A stretch of DNA of 64,000 nt from Candidatus Microgenomates bacterium (GCA_049523135.1 JBEKNE010000001.1:651234-715233), one strand, 5' to 3'. Positions 28,376 to 38,606 are shown, numbered from the stretch's first letter. Notes: generated by a model from the letters alone, not told the origin. Program-made: numbers and translations.

Positions 28376-30013
28376 TCATTGTGATGCAAAGTAATAATCG
28401 GCAATTTTTCTGGCGATAGGACCCGCAATTAAAGAACCTTCCCCGCCTCTTTCAACCAAAACGGTTGTCACTATTTGTGAGTTGTCGGCCGGTGCGTAAA
28501 AAGTAAACCAAGCATGGGGAATTCCGTCTTCACTAACCTCAGCCGTTCCCGTTTTACAAGCCACAGTTAGACCCCCGTGTTTTGCGCTGAAATCAAAAAA
28601 AGTAAAAGCAGTTCCACCGGTTGCACAAACCCCTTCCATCCCCTGTTTCACCAAATCCAAATTATTCTGGGAAACACCGACATTTCGGCAATTGGCGGGA
28701 CTATTCAGATTAAATCTTGGCTGGCAAAGTTTTCCACCAATGGAGATTGCGGATATGTAGGTATTTAGTTCAATCGGAGTCACCGCAACGTCTCCCTGAC
28801 CGATGGACATATTGTAAGTATCGCCCAAAAACCAAGACTCCTTTTTGGTAGCTTCTTTCCACTCGGGATTCGGAATTAGGCCTTGAGTTTCACCCGGAAT
28901 ATCAATACCTGTTTTTTTGTTCAACCCAAAAATCCCTGCCCATTTAGCTATTGGGTCCGGCCCAACCATTTGCCCGATTGTGTAGAAAAAAGTATCTGTA
29001 GAACGGGCAATTGCTTTTACAAGACCAATGGGTCCCTCCGTTCTTCCATATTCAGTAAAGTACCAATTTCTGTAAGAATAATTATTTACAGTAATTATTC
29101 CCTTATCATCAAAAATAAAATTTTTATCAATTACACCTTCCTCGAGCGCCGCAATTGCAACAATCGGTTTAAAAACCGAACCCGGGTGAAAAGTTCCGCT
29201 TATAACCCTATCAAAAAAAGGCAAATTCGGATTATTAAGTAAACTGCTTATTTCCTGGCTGTTTCCTTTATTTATAAAAATATTCGGGTCAAAAGAAGGG
29301 TAGGAATAAAATGCCAAAATTTGACCGGTTGTATCTGTCACAATTGCCGCACCTTTAACGCCCTGCATGGCATTCATATCGTTTGCAACTTCTATTTGAA
29401 GATTGTAATCAATTGTTGTTTTTAAATCTTGCCCGGGAATTGGGTCGCGTCTTCCGAGAACCCGAACTTCTTGGCCTGCGGCATTGACTTCAATAAGTTC
29501 TTCACCTGGAGTTCCGGAAAGAAGACATTCATACTCCTGCTCCAAACCCGTTTTACCAACTAAAGCATCTGACGGAACGGGACCTTTTTCGGGACATTCC
29601 GGATTAATTTTGCCTACCTGATCGGCCCCGGCCTGTGCCAAATATCCTAGACCTTGAGAAAACTTATCTCCCAACGGATAAATTCTTTTGTAATCGGTTA
29701 CAATTTGATCCTGTGTAGTATTTGTCAGGTCGTCGGAAAGGGTAAAACCGTTTTGCGTCGAAAATTGAATGCTTTTTTTAATCTCCACATTCCCCGCCAG
29801 TTCTTCCCCGCCTCTTGCCAAAATCCTGCCGCGCGGGGCAGGAAGAGCCACATGCCGAATCCTATTTTCTTCCGAAAGAAATTGATAATATACTCCTCTT
29901 ATTAACTGTGTATCGATTAGTTTTGCAAAAAGAATCAAAAACAAAAATACAAGAAGTCCTCTTAAAAACCAGGAAAGCCAAGATTGACTATCATTCGAAG
30001 ATAAAGAATTCAT
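28376..30013 (-). CDS. mrdA: penicillin-binding protein 2 (peptidoglycan D,D-transpeptidase)
   Basis: SVFKP (SxxK), SGT-like (SxN), KTGTAE (KTG) motifs. Adjacent to mreB. Confidence 0.85.
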   Translation of the reverse strand: MNSLSSNDSQSWLSWFLRGLLVFLFLILFAKLIDTQLIRGVYYQFLSEENRIRHVALPAPRGRILARGGEELAGNVEIKKSIQFSTQNGFTLSDDLTNTTQDQIVTDYKRIYPLGDKFSQGLGYLAQAGADQVGKINPECPEKGPVPSDALVGKTGLEQEYECLLSGTPGEELIEVNAAGQEVRVLGRRDPIPGQDLKTTIDYNLQIEVANDMNAMQGVKGAAIVTDTTGQILAFYSYPSFDPNIFINKGNSQEISSLLNNPNLPFFDRVISGTFHPGSVFKPIVAIAALEEGVIDKNFIFDDKGIITVNNYSYRNWYFTEYGRTEGPIGLVKAIARSTDTFFYTIGQMVGPDPIAKWAGIFGLNKKTGIDIPGETQGLIPNPEWKEATKKESWFLGDTYNMSIGQGDVAVTPIELNTYISAISIGGKLCQPRFNLNSPANCRNVGVSQNNLDLVKQGMEGVCATGGTAFTFFDFSAKHGGLTVACKTGTAEVSEDGIPHAWFTFYAPADNSQIVTTVLVERGGEGSLIAGPIARKIADYYFASQ

Positions 30014-30052
30014 AAAACAATTATCAATTACCGATTACCAATTTACAAATAC

Positions 30053-31120
30053 CTAAAGTTCTTTCGTCACCCTCATTCTTTTTAAAATACCGATATCTTC
30101 CAGACAAGCCCCACAACCCCTGACAACACAAGTTAAGGGATCTTCAGCGATTATAACCGGCATTTTAGTCGCCTCGGAGATTACTTTATCAATTCCCGAA
30201 ATAAGAGATCCGCCGCCCGCAAGTGTAATTCCGCGGTCCATAATATCTCCCGTCAGTTCCGGCGGAGTTTCTTCCAATGTATCAACTATATTTCCAACTA
30301 TTTCCTGAATAATCGGGCTTAGTGCCTCCCGGATTTCACTACCCGTTAATTTGATTGACTTAGGAAGTCCCGTCTCAAGGTCCCGCCCTCTTACAACCGC
30401 AAACTTGTCATTCTTTCCTACGGCAATTTTACCAGCAGAACCAATACTAATTTTTACCGCTTCCGCCGTCGGCTGACCCAGAAGAAGCGAGTATTTGAGC
30501 CTGACATAATTTATTATTGCTTCATCCATTTCATCTCCCGCAATCCGAACGCTTCGCCCTAAAACTATTCCGCCGAGAGAAATTACAGCCATTTCGCTGG
30601 TTCCTCCTCCGATATCCACAATAAAATTTCCTTCAGGTCCCTCTACCGGAAGACCTGCCCCAATCGCCGCGGCCATAGGTTCTTCAATCAGGTTTGCTTC
30701 CCTTGCTCCGGCATCAAGCGCCGCATCGGCAACAGCTCTTCTTTCAACTTCTGTTACGCCTGAAGGAATTCCGATAACAACTTTCGGCCTCGGTATTTTT
30801 GGTATTGTACTTCCCGATTCATGAACTTTTTTAATATAGTAAGAAAGCATTGCCGCAGTAGCATCAAAATCCGCAATAACTCCGTCGCGAAGGGGACGAA
30901 TTACCTCAATTGTTCCGGGAGCTCTTCCCATCATTTTTTTCGCGGATGCCCCGATTGCCAAAACTTCTTTGGATTTTTTGTGTCTGGCCACAGCCGAAGG
31001 TTCGCGGATTACAATTCCTTTGCCTTTTACATAAATTAATGTGTTGGCGGTTCCCAAATCTATTCCGATATCATGAGAGAAAATACCAAAGAACCTGTCA
31101 ATTGGATTAATTATTTTCAT
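30053..31120 (-). CDS. mreB: rod shape-determining protein MreB
   Basis: Actin-fold phosphate motifs (IGIDLGTANT, DIGGGT). Confidence 0.9.
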   Translation of the reverse strand: MKIINPIDRFFGIFSHDIGIDLGTANTLIYVKGKGIVIREPSAVARHKKSKEVLAIGASAKKMMGRAPGTIEVIRPLRDGVIADFDATAAMLSYYIKKVHESGSTIPKIPRPKVVIGIPSGVTEVERRAVADAALDAGAREANLIEEPMAAAIGAGLPVEGPEGNFIVDIGGGTSEMAVISLGGIVLGRSVRIAGDEMDEAIINYVRLKYSLLLGQPTAEAVKISIGSAGKIAVGKNDKFAVVRGRDLETGLPKSIKLTGSEIREALSPIIQEIVGNIVDTLEETPPELTGDIMDRGITLAGGGSLISGIDKVISEATKMPVIIAEDPLTCVVRGCGACLEDIGILKRMRVTKEL

Positions 31121-31214
31121 AAAATACCTTTAAAATGCCTCGCAAAGCAGTATACCTATTTGCCAAAAACTTGCAAAGGGTTTTTGAAGAAAAGTTTGTG
31201 TTACAATTTGATTT

Positions 31215-33245
31215 GTGAAGACTCTTCAAAAAATTATCTTTTGGCTTTTTGCAATTCTTCTTTTTTTTGTTCCTTTAATTCTTTGGCCATTTACTTCGGA
31301 AGTTTTTGAATTTAACAAAATGGTTCTTGTATATATTTTAACCACGCTGATCACTTGCACATGGATTGTACGAATGGTTTCCGAAAAGAAATTTATATTC
31401 CGTCGCACAATATTGGATATTCCCCTTCTTGTTTTTATCGGTTCACAGGTGATATCCACCATTATTTCTATTGACCCCCTAACTTCCCTCCTCGGATATT
31501 ATTCCAGATTTAACGGAGGTCTTGTCTCGGTAATTTGCTATGCAGTCCTCTACTGGGCATTTGTAAGCAATATTGACCCAAAAAGATCTTTAAAACTAAT
31601 TTACATTACCCTGATTTCAGCCGCACTGGTTTCAATTTACGCAGTTTTAGAACATTTTGGAATTGATAAAAACGTCTGGCAGCAGGATGTTCAATCAAGA
31701 GTGTTCTCCACTCTTGGGCAACCGAACTGGCTTGCGGCTTGGGTTATTGCTTTAACTCCAATTACTTGGGTATTTATCCTGAAATCAAAAATTAAATCCC
31801 TAAGTTTCTGGCTATACTACGGCCTATCAATTCTTTTTTTCTGGACTCTTATATTTACAAAATCACGCTCGGGATATTTGGGTTTTGCCGGAGCATCTGT
31901 AATTTTTTGGGCACTGACAGCCTGGCAAAAGAAAAGTGAAATTAAAAAATTAATTATTCCTTTCATTCTTGTCGGCATCAGCATTTTTGCCGTCTGTCTA
32001 ATTAGCGGAACCGAATGGACACCAAGTTTGCATGACTTAGTCAATAAATCGGCAAATACTCAAACTCAAGCTATAGACACCGGAGAAACGGCTCTTGAAA
32101 CGGGAGGAACCGAATCCGGAACAATAAGGGAAATTGTTTGGAAGGGTGCAATACAAATTTGGGAACATTACCCCGTTTTCGGCACGGGAGTTGAAACTTT
32201 TGCCTACTCCTACTATTTATACCGTCCCGTAGAACACAACTTAACGAGCGAGTGGGACTTCATATACAACAAGGCTCACAATGAGTATCTGAATTTTGCG
32301 GCCAATAGCGGAACTGTAGGAATATTATCCTATTTGGTATTAATTGGATTCGCTGTATTTTCTTTCTTCAAATACAAAGAGGACAATCCGGATTTCAGTT
32401 TTGCACTTCTTGCCGGTTTTGCCAGTCTTCTTATCACCAACTTTTTCGGTTTCTCGGTAGTTCCGACACAACTTGAACTTTTCATCTTCCCTGCTTTCAT
32501 ATTTGCGTTATCTAAAAACGAGGAAAAAATAAAAAATTCGGAAGAGCTGGGCAGCAATCAGAAAATAATTATCTTCATTATTGTCGCTACCGCTACCTAT
32601 CTTGTATTTCTTACCTGCCACTACTGGTATGCGGATACTCTTTATGCCAAAGGCGAAAGCTATAACACTATTGGCAAACCCGATGTCGCCACAGAGTATT
32701 TAACCCAGGCAATAAAGCAGGAACCAAATCAACCCCTCTTCTATGGCGATTCAAATGGTTTGGCGATGTCCTATACAAACCTTGCACTTGCCTTTAACCA
32801 GCAAAAAGAAGCAATGGAGGCGGCAGAACTTTCAAACGCAGCAATTGCGGAAATCAGCAGAGCCGTAAGTCTCTCACCCGCAAACGTTAACTTCAAAAGA
32901 GTTGAATTTGGAATTTATGTAATGCTTTCTGCCATTAATCCAAACTATTTAATTGACGCCAGAGATACACTCTTAGCCGCAATCGAGCAGGCTCCAACCG
33001 ACGCCAAACTTTATTACAATTTGGGTTTAATCTACGCACGTACAGGACAAACCGACCTGGCAATTCAAACACTGGCAAAAACAGTTGAACTGAAAGCAAA
33101 TTACAAAGAAGCACGGCTCGCTTATGCAATTCTTTTAATTGGCAATAAACAAAACACCGAAGCAAAAACTCAACTTGAATACATCCTGACAAATATCGAC
33201 CCTAACGATTCCCTCACCAAGCAAACACTTGCAAGTATCAAATAA
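31215..33245 (+). CDS. O-antigen ligase (Wzy_C)-like polytopic membrane protein fused to C-terminal TPR repeats
   Basis: About 12 TM. NKAHNEYLNFAANSG Wzy_C loop motif. C-terminal TPR-like repeats. Confidence 0.7.
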   Translation: MKTLQKIIFWLFAILLFFVPLILWPFTSEVFEFNKMVLVYILTTLITCTWIVRMVSEKKFIFRRTILDIPLLVFIGSQVISTIISIDPLTSLLGYYSRFNGGLVSVICYAVLYWAFVSNIDPKRSLKLIYITLISAALVSIYAVLEHFGIDKNVWQQDVQSRVFSTLGQPNWLAAWVIALTPITWVFILKSKIKSLSFWLYYGLSILFFWTLIFTKSRSGYLGFAGASVIFWALTAWQKKSEIKKLIIPFILVGISIFAVCLISGTEWTPSLHDLVNKSANTQTQAIDTGETALETGGTESGTIREIVWKGAIQIWEHYPVFGTGVETFAYSYYLYRPVEHNLTSEWDFIYNKAHNEYLNFAANSGTVGILSYLVLIGFAVFSFFKYKEDNPDFSFALLAGFASLLITNFFGFSVVPTQLELFIFPAFIFALSKNEEKIKNSEELGSNQKIIIFIIVATATYLVFLTCHYWYADTLYAKGESYNTIGKPDVATEYLTQAIKQEPNQPLFYGDSNGLAMSYTNLALAFNQQKEAMEAAELSNAAIAEISRAVSLSPANVNFKRVEFGIYVMLSAINPNYLIDARDTLLAAIEQAPTDAKLYYNLGLIYARTGQTDLAIQTLAKTVELKANYKEARLAYAILLIGNKQNTEAKTQLEYILTNIDPNDSLTKQTLASIK

Positions 33246-33310
33246 CCCCATAATTTCTAGTTTGTAGTATTCTTGACAACCCGGATAAATACCAATAGAA
33301 TTCGGTTGAA

Positions 33311-34006
33311 ATGGAAAATGAAAGACCCTTAGAAGCGGCAAGAGAAAGAATCGATATAAGAAAGAGGGAAGAAACTCAACCTACAAAAATTGAGGATACA
33401 GAGGTTATATTACCTGAATTTGAAAATCTTCCGATTGTAATTTTTGCTGAAGAGAATTCCATAAACAGAGTTCCAACTCACATTAAGGATCTTCTCGGAG
33501 ATATACAGGAAACCATTGAAGAGCGTGAGGGAATAAGCTTCAACGCCAAGCATGAATACAACTTCTTAACTCCTGATCCTAAAAAAGTACTTAGACTTTT
33601 GGATGCTGGAAAAGATCCTATTACGTCGATTAAATTTTCTTTTGAAGCAACAATCATCGAAAAAGGTCTTGTACATGAAAGAATTGTTTTCGGACCCAAA
33701 AGCCCGATAGAACAAAAAAATCCTGATATTATTTACAAGATATTCTTCGCTATGACTTATAACCATAAAGATAAAACCATCGAATGGATAATGGGCGATA
33801 TCGATGGTCCCGAATTTAAAGAAGAACCAGAAAATAAGGATAATGTCTATCGGCTCACAGCGCATGATCCGTATGTAAAAGGTTCCATAAAATATTCTGA
33901 AGAAAACATACCCGCTCTTGCTGAAGATTTAGTCACCCAAATTGATTCAGGAAGATATAAATACCAAGTCAGAGAATTCCCCACTATCCAGCTCCAAAAG
34001 GACTAA
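33311..34006 (+). CDS. hypothetical protein
   Basis: 231-aa ORF with no recognisable motifs. Confidence 0.35.
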   Translation: MENERPLEAARERIDIRKREETQPTKIEDTEVILPEFENLPIVIFAEENSINRVPTHIKDLLGDIQETIEEREGISFNAKHEYNFLTPDPKKVLRLLDAGKDPITSIKFSFEATIIEKGLVHERIVFGPKSPIEQKNPDIIYKIFFAMTYNHKDKTIEWIMGDIDGPEFKEEPENKDNVYRLTAHDPYVKGSIKYSEENIPALAEDLVTQIDSGRYKYQVREFPTIQLQKD

Positions 34007-34034
34007 AAGCCCTATTTTCTGGTATAATTGAGCT

Positions 34035-34574
34035 ATGATCCGAAAGATTTTACTATCAAACGACCCGGTCTTGCGTCGGAAATCAAAGCCGGTTGCCAAA
34101 ATCGATAAAAAAATATCAGCCCTGGTCAAAGATTTAAAAGACACTCTTAGTGTCCAAAAGGATCCTGAAGGAGTAGGTCTTGCTGCTCCCCAAATCGGCA
34201 AAAACCTGAGAGTCTTTGTTGCCAATTACAAAGGTTTTGAAAGGGTTGTGATAAACCCCGAAATAATCAAAATTGAGAAAAGAAATAAAGATTCCAAACC
34301 CGTTAAAACTTCCAAAAACAAAGAAATTCTGGAAGGCTGTCTTTCACTTCCCTACTATTACGGACCGTTAAAAAGAGCCCCAAAAATTACGGTCAAATAT
34401 CTCAACGAAAACGGAAAAGAGGTTACTGAAACCCTTGAAGGATTTAATGCTCAAATAATTATGCATGAAATCGATCATCTTGAAGGAGTTCTTTTTATCG
34501 ACCATATTATCAAAGAGAAAAAACCTTTATATAGGGTTGAGGGAGATGAATGGGAGGAGGTTGAGCTTGTATGA
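34035..34574 (+). CDS. def: peptide deformylase
   Basis: GVGLAAPQIG, EGCLS, HEIDHL motifs. Confidence 0.9.
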   Translation: MIRKILLSNDPVLRRKSKPVAKIDKKISALVKDLKDTLSVQKDPEGVGLAAPQIGKNLRVFVANYKGFERVVINPEIIKIEKRNKDSKPVKTSKNKEILEGCLSLPYYYGPLKRAPKITVKYLNENGKEVTETLEGFNAQIIMHEIDHLEGVLFIDHIIKEKKPLYRVEGDEWEEVELV

Positions 34575-35443
34575 AGATAGTATTTTTTGGAACACCAGAT
34601 TACGTTATGCCGATTCTCACTTCCCTGCATAAAAAATTCGTAACCGGACCGGGAAAGTCTCCGATCATTGCTGTTGTGACACAACCCCCAAGACCGGTCG
34701 GCAGAAAACAGATTCCTGCATATTCTCCCGTTGATAAATGGGCACACGCTCGAAAAATTCCGATTTACTACTCCGCAAACGATTTAATTGATAACCCTAC
34801 GGAGGCGGTTTTGGGAATTTTGGCTTCTTACGGAGAAATTATTAAAGAGGATGTTATCGATTTGTTTCCCCAAGGAATTTTGGTAATTCACCCATCTCTT
34901 CTGCCAAAATACAGAGGCGCTTCCCCGGTTCCTGAAGCGATAAAAAACGGCGACGAAACTACGGGGGTCACAATATTCAAAATGGACAAAAAAATGGATC
35001 ATGGTCCGATTATTTCCCAATTTAAAGAAGAAATTTTACCCGGGGATACCGGGGAAACTCTGAGAGCCAGACTTTTTGAAAAATCGGCTGGTGTCCTTAC
35101 CGAATTAATAGGACCTTATATCCAAAGTAAAATTAAGCCAAAAATCCAAGATGAATCTTTAGCGACTTATACAAAAATTATTACAAAAGAGGATGGTTTT
35201 ATTGACCTTAATAAAAAATCGACGGATGAAGCCGACAGATTTATTCGCGCTATGCAGCCTTGGCCCTGTGCCTGGACCCGGATTCGAGTTTCGGAAGAAA
35301 ATAAAAGGCTGAAAATACTAAAGGCACACCTCGAAGAAAACAAATTAATCTTGGATGAAGTACAACTTGAAGGCAAGCTCCCAACCACTTGGAAACAATT
35401 TAAAGAAGGCTATAAAGATGCAACTTTTGAAACGGGACGTTGA
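34571..35443 (+). CDS. fmt: methionyl-tRNA formyltransferase
   Basis: FFGTP N-terminus, formyltransferase core (HPSLLPKYRG). Overlaps def stop by 4 nt. Confidence 0.9.
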   Translation: MKIVFFGTPDYVMPILTSLHKKFVTGPGKSPIIAVVTQPPRPVGRKQIPAYSPVDKWAHARKIPIYYSANDLIDNPTEAVLGILASYGEIIKEDVIDLFPQGILVIHPSLLPKYRGASPVPEAIKNGDETTGVTIFKMDKKMDHGPIISQFKEEILPGDTGETLRARLFEKSAGVLTELIGPYIQSKIKPKIQDESLATYTKIITKEDGFIDLNKKSTDEADRFIRAMQPWPCAWTRIRVSEENKRLKILKAHLEENKLILDEVQLEGKLPTTWKQFKEGYKDATFETGR

Positions 35444-35673
35444 AACTTTTTAATTTTTCCTTCTTTCTTAAATCTGGAAATACAGCTAGTGCAAAGCCTC
35501 ATTTGGCTAGTTTTACCATTAACCATTACGGCAATTTTTTGAAGATTCGGTTTGAAAGTTCTGGGTGTTTTCTGGGCTCTTTTCTTCCAACGTTTACCGG
35601 CAACACCTCTTCCGTGGGTGCTTTGTCGGCCGTGAACTATTCCTTTTCCGCAATTATCGCAAATGTATGACAT
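35410..35673 (-). CDS. rpmB: 50S ribosomal protein L28
   Basis: CxxC...C zinc knuckle, NLQKI motif, about 87 aa. Confidence 0.75.
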   Translation of the reverse strand: MSYICDNCGKGIVHGRQSTHGRGVAGKRWKKRAQKTPRTFKPNLQKIAVMVNGKTSQMRLCTSCISRFKKEGKIKKFQRPVSKVASL

Positions 35674-35721
35674 AGTGTTTTAAACTGTGGTAGATTATAC
35701 TATTAACTACCCTCAATCGCA

Positions 35722-36375
35722 ATGGATATACTAATTCTAATAATCGGCATAATAGGATTCGCCATGGCCATAATCATCCATGAAGTTTCCCATGGATGGG
35801 TAGCGGATAGGCTTGGAGACCCTACCGCCAGACTTGCCGGCAGACTTACGCTTAATCCGATCCCCCACATAGATATTATCGGAACAATAATCCTTCCGTT
35901 GACTCTTATTTTGTTTGGCTCGCCTTTTGTCTTCGGCTGGGCAAAACCTGTACCTATTGATCCTTACAACCTTAAAGATCCAAAAAGGGATACCGCCCTG
36001 ATTTCACTTGCCGGACCGGGATCGAATATCCTTTTAGCTATTATCCTCTCCATCTCTCTAAGAATAATTTATTACTTTTTCCCTGCCTCCGACGCAATTT
36101 TTAATCTCCTTTCGCTGCTTATCGTTCTAAATATTTCACTTGCAATTTTCAACCTAATTCCAATCCATCCTCTCGACGGAGGAAAAATTTTGGTAGGCAT
36201 TTTACCTGATAAGGAAGCCAGAATTGTGGATATTTTCTTAAACCGCTTTGGACTAATCTTACTGGTAATCCTAATCTTCCCGATTTTTGGGGGAAATTCA
36301 TTAATCTCTCCAATAATTTATCCTATTATAAATGTCATTTTGAAGCTGCTTATCCCCGGTTTTTCTACAATTTAA
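35722..36375 (+). CDS. M50-family site-2 protease-like membrane metalloprotease
   Basis: HEVSHG (HExxH) in first TM, LIPIHPLDGG (LDG motif) near C-terminus. Confidence 0.75.
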   Translation: MDILILIIGIIGFAMAIIIHEVSHGWVADRLGDPTARLAGRLTLNPIPHIDIIGTIILPLTLILFGSPFVFGWAKPVPIDPYNLKDPKRDTALISLAGPGSNILLAIILSISLRIIYYFFPASDAIFNLLSLLIVLNISLAIFNLIPIHPLDGGKILVGILPDKEARIVDIFLNRFGLILLVILIFPIFGGNSLISPIIYPIINVILKLLIPGFSTI

Positions 36376-36685
36376 TGTTTTCACAGATTGACTTTCATGG
36401 TAATATATATGTGACCCTGTCGAGAAAAGAATCGGTTTAATTTCCTGATCAATTTACATTTTATTGGGAGGGCGAAGTCCAACCAAAGCATTTTTGTTAA
36501 GGAAGGCAGCTCACCCACCTGGATTTTCCAGGAATGCTACCGGCTTTTGAGGCAGGGTCTTTTTTGTATCAGGCAGAATATCTCTATTTCACCTAGTCTT
36601 TGGCCTCATAATCACGTCTTCCAGTAAATCTTATACTTGTATCGTATCTAAACTGAGTTTGTCTGGAGTATATTTCTTAAGCGGG

Positions 36686-36768
36686 TGCCAAGGCCAGGAT
36701 TCGAACCTGGGAAGCCTTACGGCATCAGTTCTACAGACTGACGTAATTGTCCACTCTACCACCTTGGC
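36686..36768 (-). tRNA. tRNA-Tyr (anticodon GTA), long variable arm, no encoded CCA
   Basis: Manual fold: acceptor GCCAAGG/CCTTGGC, anticodon stem TCAGT/ACTGA, loop CTGTAGA, T-arm GGTTCGAATCC. Confidence 0.8.
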
Positions 36769-37373
36769 TAGTTTTTAAGTAAACTTGAAGATATTATACC
36801 AATATCAGTCATAATTTGCCTATGCAACTTCTTATCGGAATATCTAATATGTACAAGCCCAAATGGCATTTTGCCAATTTTCTCTATTTTAAAGTCCTTT
36901 CGGATATAGGGTTTAGAAAATTGCCCTTTGGGTACTTTTAATTTTTTCGACCAAAAATCAATTATTTTATTTACATCCTGATTTAAATAACAATACAAAT
37001 ATATTCTGAGCCTTTTTTCGGTAACTCTATAAATTTCCCTAAGCATTCTAATAAACAAACGAAGCATTTTTTCATCGCTATTCGCAAAATCAACGGTAAA
37101 CTTATTTGCTTTTGATCCTTCAGCCCAATAAAGCATCAAGCCTGCAATAAGAAGTTTTCTTTGATGGTTTGTAAATTTTGCCAATTTATCATAACTTAAA
37201 GAGCCTCTTTCGAATTGAATTTTAAGGGTCTGTGCGGGAGTTCTCCTTTTTATTTTATTTCTCCTCATAAAACTTATTACCCGCCAAACAGAAATATTAT
37301 ATTTCCTGGCTATTTCATTGGAACTTAAACCATTTTTGTTATACAGATCCGAAACAATCATTTTATCAAGCAT
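36768..37373 (-). CDS. DNA-binding protein with N-terminal HTH and a LAGLIDADG-like motif (possible homing-endonuclease-derived protein)
   Basis: HTH LSSNEIARKYNISVWRVISFMRR. Segment LLIAGLMLYWAEGSKANKFTVDF resembles LAGLIDADG plus following beta-strand. Stop codon abuts tRNA-Tyr. Confidence 0.4.
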   Translation of the reverse strand: MLDKMIVSDLYNKNGLSSNEIARKYNISVWRVISFMRRNKIKRRTPAQTLKIQFERGSLSYDKLAKFTNHQRKLLIAGLMLYWAEGSKANKFTVDFANSDEKMLRLFIRMLREIYRVTEKRLRIYLYCYLNQDVNKIIDFWSKKLKVPKGQFSKPYIRKDFKIEKIGKMPFGLVHIRYSDKKLHRQIMTDIGIISSSLLKN

Positions 37374-37461
37374 AGTAGATCAATAATATATTTGCCTTGA
37401 CGAATAATCAATACCCATGTCAATATCAAAATTAGGCTTAGTTTGATATAATTCATATTGC

Positions 37462-37533
37462 GCCGACGTAGCTCAGTGGTAGAGCGATGCTTTTGTAAAG
37501 CAAGGATCGGAGGTCCAAATCCTCCCGTCGGCT
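37462..37533 (+). tRNA. tRNA-Thr (anticodon TGT)
   Basis: Manual fold: acceptor GCCGACG/CGTCGGC, anticodon loop TTTGTAA, T-arm GGAGGTCCAAATCCTCC. Confidence 0.8.
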
Positions 37534-37547
37534 CACGAATAAATTTT

Positions 37548-38588
37548 ATGTGGACATCACTTTTCGATTACAATCTACCAAAAAATCTAATCGCTAACTC
37601 CCCTGCTAATCCCAGAGATAGTTCCAGACTTATGATAATTAACCGAAAAACTGATCAAATTTCCGAATATGTCTTTCGCGATATTACGAATATGTTAGGA
37701 AAAAATGATATCTTGGTTTTAAATAAGACTAAAGTTTTTCCAGCCAGGCTTATTTCCAAAAAAGTAACCGGCGGAAAAGTCGAAATTTTACTTCATAAAA
37801 ATCTGGACACGTATACATGGGAAGCACTAACCAGACCAGGGCTTAAAGCCGAACAAAAAATAGTTGCCGACGGAATTCTGGCGGAAACCATAAAAAGGGA
37901 CGGAGAACTTTCCATTTTGAAATTTAATTTGGATAGAAACAAACTGATCGAAAAACTCCAAAAAATTGGCCTGACTCCCCTTCCTCCTTATATTCATTCA
38001 AACGACTCCGAAAAAGATTTAAGGCATGAATATCAGACGATTTATGCAAAAACGGTCGGTTCCGCAGCCGCCCCGACAGCCGGATTCCATTTCACCAAAG
38101 AGCTTTTGGAAAGATTACAGAAAAAAGGGGTCCAAATCGAATATATTACGCTCCATGTCGGCCTCGGAACCTTTGCCCCCGTCAAAACAAAAACGCTCGA
38201 AGAGTTCAAAATCCACGAAGAGGAATTTTTTGTGGATAATAAAACTATCAATACAATAAAAGAAGCCAAATCCAAAGGCAAAAGAATAATTGCCGTAGGC
38301 ACCACATCTGCCCGTACGTTGGAAACCATCGCTTCAGGTAAGCCCTCCGGCTCAACCAATCTTTTTATTTATCCTCCCTACAAATTCAAAATTGTTGACG
38401 CTCTCATAACTAATTTTCATCTTCCGGAGTCAACCCTTTTAGCCCTAGTTTCGGCGTTTGTTTCCTTCCCAAATACGGATACCAAATTCAAAGATTTTGG
38501 TTCATCTTTAATGGGCAAGGCTTATCGAAAAGCTATTAAAAACAAGTTTCGTTTCTACTCTTTTGGTGATGCCTGCCTGATTATCTGA
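37548..38588 (+). CDS. queA: S-adenosylmethionine:tRNA ribosyltransferase-isomerase. Start moved to MWTSLFDYNLPK
   Basis: FDYxLPxxLIAxxPxxPRDxSRL QueA N-terminal signature. Track ORF 5' extension overlaps tRNA-Thr and is rejected. Confidence 0.85.
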   Translation: MWTSLFDYNLPKNLIANSPANPRDSSRLMIINRKTDQISEYVFRDITNMLGKNDILVLNKTKVFPARLISKKVTGGKVEILLHKNLDTYTWEALTRPGLKAEQKIVADGILAETIKRDGELSILKFNLDRNKLIEKLQKIGLTPLPPYIHSNDSEKDLRHEYQTIYAKTVGSAAAPTAGFHFTKELLERLQKKGVQIEYITLHVGLGTFAPVKTKTLEEFKIHEEEFFVDNKTINTIKEAKSKGKRIIAVGTTSARTLETIASGKPSGSTNLFIYPPYKFKIVDALITNFHLPESTLLALVSAFVSFPNTDTKFKDFGSSLMGKAYRKAIKNKFRFYSFGDACLII

Positions 38589-38606
38589 TATAATTAGCTT
38601 CATCAG

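Noticed and set aside
36470-36520. Possible SRP (4.5S) RNA based on AAGGAAGGCAGC resembling the GGAAGCAGC helix-8 motif
   Set aside because: Could not reproduce the GNRA tetraloop closing stem or the symmetric/asymmetric loop pairing of SRP helix 8. Kept only as generic structured-RNA candidate.
37458-37547. 5' extension of the queA ORF (MRRRSSVVERCFCKARIGGPNPPVGSRINF)
   Set aside because: Entirely overlaps tRNA-Thr(TGT). The translation is just the tRNA read in frame. Real start taken at MWTSLFDY.
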